Positions 60,050 to 64,000 of a stretch of 64,000 nt of DNA are shown in pieces (positions within the stretch are counted from its first letter, which is position 1; every line of letters starts with the position of its first letter). Made by a program: the position numbers and the translations under genes. This DNA is from Mustelus asterias (Eukaryota). Where the stretch lies: the NCBI RefSeq assembly GCF_964213995.1, contig NW_027590120.1, forward strand, positions 2,232,001-2,296,000. The letters are read 5' to 3'. The notes under the pieces are model-generated. The model ran no database searches and was not told the origin of the DNA. It saw only the letters and a program-made list of their open reading frames with translations.

Positions 60050-60345
60050 GCTGCCTGCCTTGCCCGGCCTGCCTGTTGCCTGCCTGCCTGCCGTCTGGCC
60101 TGCTTACCTGCCTGCCTGCCGTCTGGCCTGCTTACCTGCCTGCCTGCCGTCTGGCCTGCTTACCTGCCTGCCTGCCGTCTGGCCTGCTCACCTGCCTGCC
60201 TGCCGTCTGGCCTGCTCACCTGCCTGCCTGCCGTCTGGCCTGCTCACCTGCCTGCCTGCCGTCTGGCCTGCTTACCTACCTGCCTGCCTGCCGTCTGGAC
60301 TGCCTGCCGTCTGGACTGCCTGCTTGCCTGCCATCCGGCCTCTGG
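60050..60345 (+). repeat. 28-nt tandem repeat (cctgcctgcctgccgtctggcctgctYa, ~8 copies) in the Tx1 5' UTR
   Basis: gtctgg recurs at 60093, 60121, 60149, 60177, 60205, 60233 and 60261. Confidence 0.95.
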
Positions 60346-60727
60346 AGGGTGTGCTCTCCCCGGGGGGAGGGAGGAAGAGAGGACAGAGAGTAACTGGAGG
60401 AGAAGGGGGGGGGCGAAGGCGTTTGGACTGTCTCCTCTCCATCTGCAGTGGGGGGGGTGAAGACCTTTTTTTTCCTAATTCCCCTACCCACTGCTGCTGT
60501 CCCCAAGATTGGTGCACCCTCCCCTTTTTCCCTCCTGACTGGGGCACCGGCCTTGTGCCTCATCTCCCTCCCACTGCTCCGACCTCCTCTCTCCCTCTCT
60601 CACTCCGGGGAGAGAACACCTACACCCCTACCCACCTACCCCACCCTCCCTTATTTTTCCCTCCACATATACGCCCTGCCGTGCATCTGGGCAGTCTCGG
60701 GGTGGGCGTAGCACTTCCCCTGATACC

Positions 60728-62831
60728 ATGGCGACATCACCAGCGTCGCCGGTGGCAGGGCCTTCTCGGCCCACCTATGCGGGCGTGGCGGCTGCCAGAG
60801 CCCCCGCCGCTCCCAAGGCCCTGCCGCCATTCTCTTTAATCACGCGGCAGCTCGGGGTGAAGTGCTACGCCCACCCCGACATGTCTATCGAGGCCTGCGT
60901 CAAGGCAATGGCTGGGGTTGTCGGCCCCTCAGCCATTGTCGCGGCCTCAAAGATGTACGGCCGGGCCGTATTCTTCCTGAAGGCCGAGCGGGCGGTTCGC
61001 CTCGCCCTGGAAAAGGGGCTCACGGTGGGCGGGACGTTCCTGGCGGTGGACCCTTTGGAGGCCACCGCCCACAAGATAGTAATATCGAACGTCCCGCCCT
61101 TCCTACCGAGTGAGCTCCTCCTCCCCCACCTCCATCTACTGGGGGAGCTCAGGTCCGGGGTGCAGCCGATCCCGCTCGGCCTTCGGGACCCCTCCCTCCG
61201 CCATATATACTCCTTCCGGCGCCAGGTTTTTGTCCGCCTGGCCCGGGAGGAGGAACTGGAGGGAGGTTTCAATGTCCCCCACGAGGGGACCACGTACCGG
61301 GTCTTTTGGTCCGCGGACGGTGTGCGGTGCCATGCCTGTAAGGAGGCGGGGCACGTGCGGAAAAACTGCCCCGTCTCCAAGGCCGCCGACCACCAACCCA
61401 AGGCGGCCGCAGCTGGCACCGCAGCCCCCTCTCCCCCCAAGCGAGTACCATCTGCTCCCCCGCGAGGGGAGGCCACGCCGGCAGCAGCTGCCACCTCAGC
61501 TGCCGGCGGGGGGGGAGCGGAGCCCCCGCGCGGCCAAAAGGCCCAGAAGGGACCTACAAAAAAGAAGGGGGGTACCGGAACCCCGGCCCCCAGGGAAAAC
61601 ACCCCGACCACCCCGGCAGCCGGCTCGGGGACCACCTCAGTCTCCACCTGCGCCCCCCCCCCCCCCCCCCCCACCACCACCATCTGCCGGGCCCGTGGGC
61701 TCTCCGGGGCCTAGTGCTGGGTCCGGCGCCCGGGATCATGGGCCCGAGCATGGGGGGGTAAGCGACCCCGAGCCGGCAAAACTGGCGACGCCGCCACCTC
61801 GGGGGGAAGTGACGGGAGAGCAGGGGGGGCGCGGCAAGGCGAAGAGGGGCGGAGGGCGAGGGGCCTCGCCTGCCCGAGGGCAGGTTAACAAAAAGAGGCG
61901 GGGCCCCTCGGGCACCGTGGAGTTCGAGGTCTGCGTGCCCCTCCCCCCTTGTGAGTCATCTCCTGCCGTGCCCCCACCTGTCTTTGTGCCTTGTCCCCAG
62001 AAAAAAGGGGGCAAGGCACCCTGTAAATCCAAGCATGTGTTGCCTCAGTCCCCCGGCGAGGAGTCTCCGGGGCCGGGTGGCAGCGGGACCCCCACGGTTC
62101 CGTTCCACCCGGCCGGTTACAACCCGGAGTTCTTCTTCAGTCTGTCGGGGGACTGGGGCGACACTCCAATGTTCATGTCCTCGTGCGGCGGCGGCGAAGA
62201 GACGATCCACTCGTCCTCTCCGTCCCGACCTTGGACGCTGGACATCCCCAACCTCAGTCCGAAGGATACACCGGACCTGGGGGGTGTCCAAGCGTCTGGG
62301 GCGGGGGGGGCGGCTGGGCCGCCGTCGCACGGGGGCCCGCAATCCGGGAAAGGTGAGCCCGGGGGGAACCCCTCCTCCACTGATCCTGGGGGTGGGATCG
62401 GGGAGGGGCTAGGGCTAGTTGGTGGCTCCGTGCCGCCCGCCGTACGTCCTGCGGCGGGGGACTCGGAGTCGAGGGGCGACCGCCCTGAGGAGGTCAGCGG
62501 CTCGGTGGAGGGCACGGGGACACTTTCAGAGTCTGCCCAGAGCGAGGCGGGGGACTCCCTCGTGCCCCCCACCGAGTCGTCCCTCATCCCCTCCAAGGAC
62601 CTCAGGGTCTTTATCCGTAACCATTCCGGTCGCTCCGACATAATCCGGCTAGCCCTCGGCCGCTGGCCGGACCTGGCGCAGCTCGTCCGGTCCGTGAAGG
62701 CATGCTCGCATGCCTCCGCGGGCCTGGAGAAAATAGAGCGGCGCTGGGTACTGCGGTTCCTCCACAGGCTCGAAAAGGTGGGGGGTGGACTGGTGAGAAT
62801 TGCGCCAGCGCCCCCCCACACACCTAGTTAA
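60728..62831 (+). CDS. Tx1 ORF1 (zinc-knuckle nucleic-acid-binding protein, ~700 aa if the C20 run at 61653-61672 is corrected by one base)
   Basis: SYA-like TYAGVAAA, IVAASKMYGRAVFFL, ISNVPPFLP, SFRRQVFV, CHACKEAGHVRKNCP; continues in the +1 frame (ORF 61110-62831). Confidence 0.8.
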
Positions 62832-62859
62832 GTGGTGACGGTGGCACAAAGCTGCTGAC

Positions 62860-64000
62860 ATGAAGGTGACCATAGCCAGCCTCAACATCAACGGCAGCAG
62901 TGGGCCACACCGCAGGTTCCAGAACTTCTCGGTCCTCCGTGACGGGAAGTATGCGGTGTGTTTCCTGCAGGAAACCCACACCGTTCCGGGAGACGAAGCC
63001 CAATGGCTCCTGGAGTGGCGAGGGGGGGTCTACATGAGCCACCTCACGCTCGCTTCTTGCGGGGTGGCTATCTTGTTGGCTCCGCGTTATAAGCCGGAGA
63101 TCTTGGGGGTCAAGGAGCCGGTGCCAGGCCGGTTGCTGCACTTGATGGTCCGTGAGGGGGGCGTGGTCATTCACTTGCTGAATGTCTACGCCCCGACCGC
63201 CGGACCGCAGCAAACGACTTTCTACGAGAAAGTGTCCGCTCACATCGACACCATCGCGGGGGGCGAATGCATTATCCTCGGGGGAGATTTCAACTGCCTC
63301 CTCGAGGCACGGGACCGCACCGGCCCCTGGCTGCGCACTCCGGCGGTGGTGAAGTTGCGGGACCTGATCGGGTCCCACGACTTGGTGGACGTCTGGAGAC
63401 ATCTCCATCCTGGCTCCAGCGCCTTCACTTTCGTGAGGCCTGGAGTCGGAGCGTCCAGGCTCGACCGCCTTTACATTTCGAAGGCGCACGTGTCCGGCGT
63501 GTCCTCGGTCTCCATGCGGCCGGTGTCGAGCACGGACCACAGCCTGGTGTGGGCGGACTTTGCGCCGTCTCGCATCCGGCGGGGGTCCGCGTACTGGCAC
63601 TTTAACAACACGCTGCTGGAGGACGAGCGCTTCCTGGACTCGTTCCGTCGATTCTGGGCCGGCTGGAGAAGGAAGCGGGGAGGCTTCCCCTCCTTGAGGC
63701 TCTGGTGGGATGTGGGCAAGACTCACGTCCGTACCTTCTGTCAGGGGTACGCGAGGGGGTCGACAAAGAGGCGGAAATCCAGGCTCGAGGAGTTGGAGAA
63801 GGAGGTGCTCGACCTGGAGGCACGTCTCAGTCGGCCTGACGCGGACCCGGCCCTGCGTTCGGAGTACAGGGAGAAGAAGGACGCGCTGCGGGACCTGCAG
63901 CTTGCCAGGTCTCGCGGCGCGTACGTGAGGTCGCGGCTCCAGTTCCAGGTGGACCTGGACCGCGGCTCCCCCTTCTTCTACTCGCTGGAAAGAGGGCGGG
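62860..64000 (+). CDS. Tx1 ORF2, N-terminal apurinic-like endonuclease (partial, runs off the window)
   Basis: My translation: MKVTIASLNING...FLQETH...GVAILL...NVYAP...LGGDFNC...DVWR...SRLDRLY...TDHSLV...WHFNNTLL...WWDVGK, with no stop seen. It is missing from the ORF track because it lacks a stop. Confidence 0.92.
   Translation, partial: MKVTIASLNINGSSGPHRRFQNFSVLRDGKYAVCFLQETHTVPGDEAQWLLEWRGGVYMSHLTLASCGVAILLAPRYKPEILGVKEPVPGRLLHLMVREGGVVIHLLNVYAPTAGPQQTTFYEKVSAHIDTIAGGECIILGGDFNCLLEARDRTGPWLRTPAVVKLRDLIGSHDLVDVWRHLHPGSSAFTFVRPGVGASRLDRLYISKAHVSGVSSVSMRPVSSTDHSLVWADFAPSRIRRGSAYWHFNNTLLEDERFLDSFRRFWAGWRRKRGGFPSLRLWWDVGKTHVRTFCQGYARGSTKRRKSRLEELEKEVLDLEARLSRPDADPALRSEYREKKDALRDLQLARSRGAYVRSRLQFQVDLDRGSPFFYSLERGR

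Larger units (their letters stand above)
59750..64000 (+). mobile_element. Tx1-clade (L1 group) non-LTR retrotransposon, 5' portion, apparently young
   Basis: GC/CpG-rich, long 5' UTR, ORF1 with a CCHC knuckle, ORF2 with an APE domain open to the window end. The 5' boundary is approximate. Confidence 0.9.

Noticed and set aside
60050-60345. 28-nt repeats as a CRISPR array
   Set aside because: No unique spacers, no cas genes, vertebrate context.
61653-61672. Programmed frameshift in Tx1 ORF1
   Set aside because: A 20-C homopolymer is most simply a sequencing or slippage length error; it cannot be distinguished without reads.
59785-63928. Long overlapping or antisense ORFs (59785-60393, 59967-60839, 60865-61683, 62117-62821, 62824-63726)
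   Set aside because: By-products of high GC content and tandem repeats within the Tx1 element.

Overview
Eukaryotic, repeat-dense DNA that reads as a shark (elasmobranch) genome: HE1-type V-SINEs, CR1/HER1, L2, Rex1/Babar and Penelope-like elements. The backbone is a birth-and-death cluster of 11 single-exon C2H2 zinc-finger arrays with no KRAB/SCAN/BTB domain (about 4-5 plausibly coding, the rest frameshifted or pseudogenised). It is interleaved with 7 CpG-rich promoter-like modules (NRF1, YY1, ETS, CCAAT, E2F and one CDE/CHR motif). An apparently young Tx1-clade LINE occupies the last ~4 kb. Notable observations: (1) a decayed env-bearing retroviral-like remnant (integrase, furin site, fusion-peptide-like segment); (2) Penelope-derived hairpins carrying minimal hammerhead ribozyme cores; (3) a TGA at the same finger position in five paralogues, 39 nt upstream of a restart codon in four of them; (4) a recurrent 2-nt TG deletion at the second Cys codon; (5) an L2 fragment tagging the duplication unit; (6) an inverted templated insertion inside one finger array. 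All calls come from reading the sequence by eye. Repeat boundaries are approximate (about +/-20-50 nt) and family names were not checked against any database.
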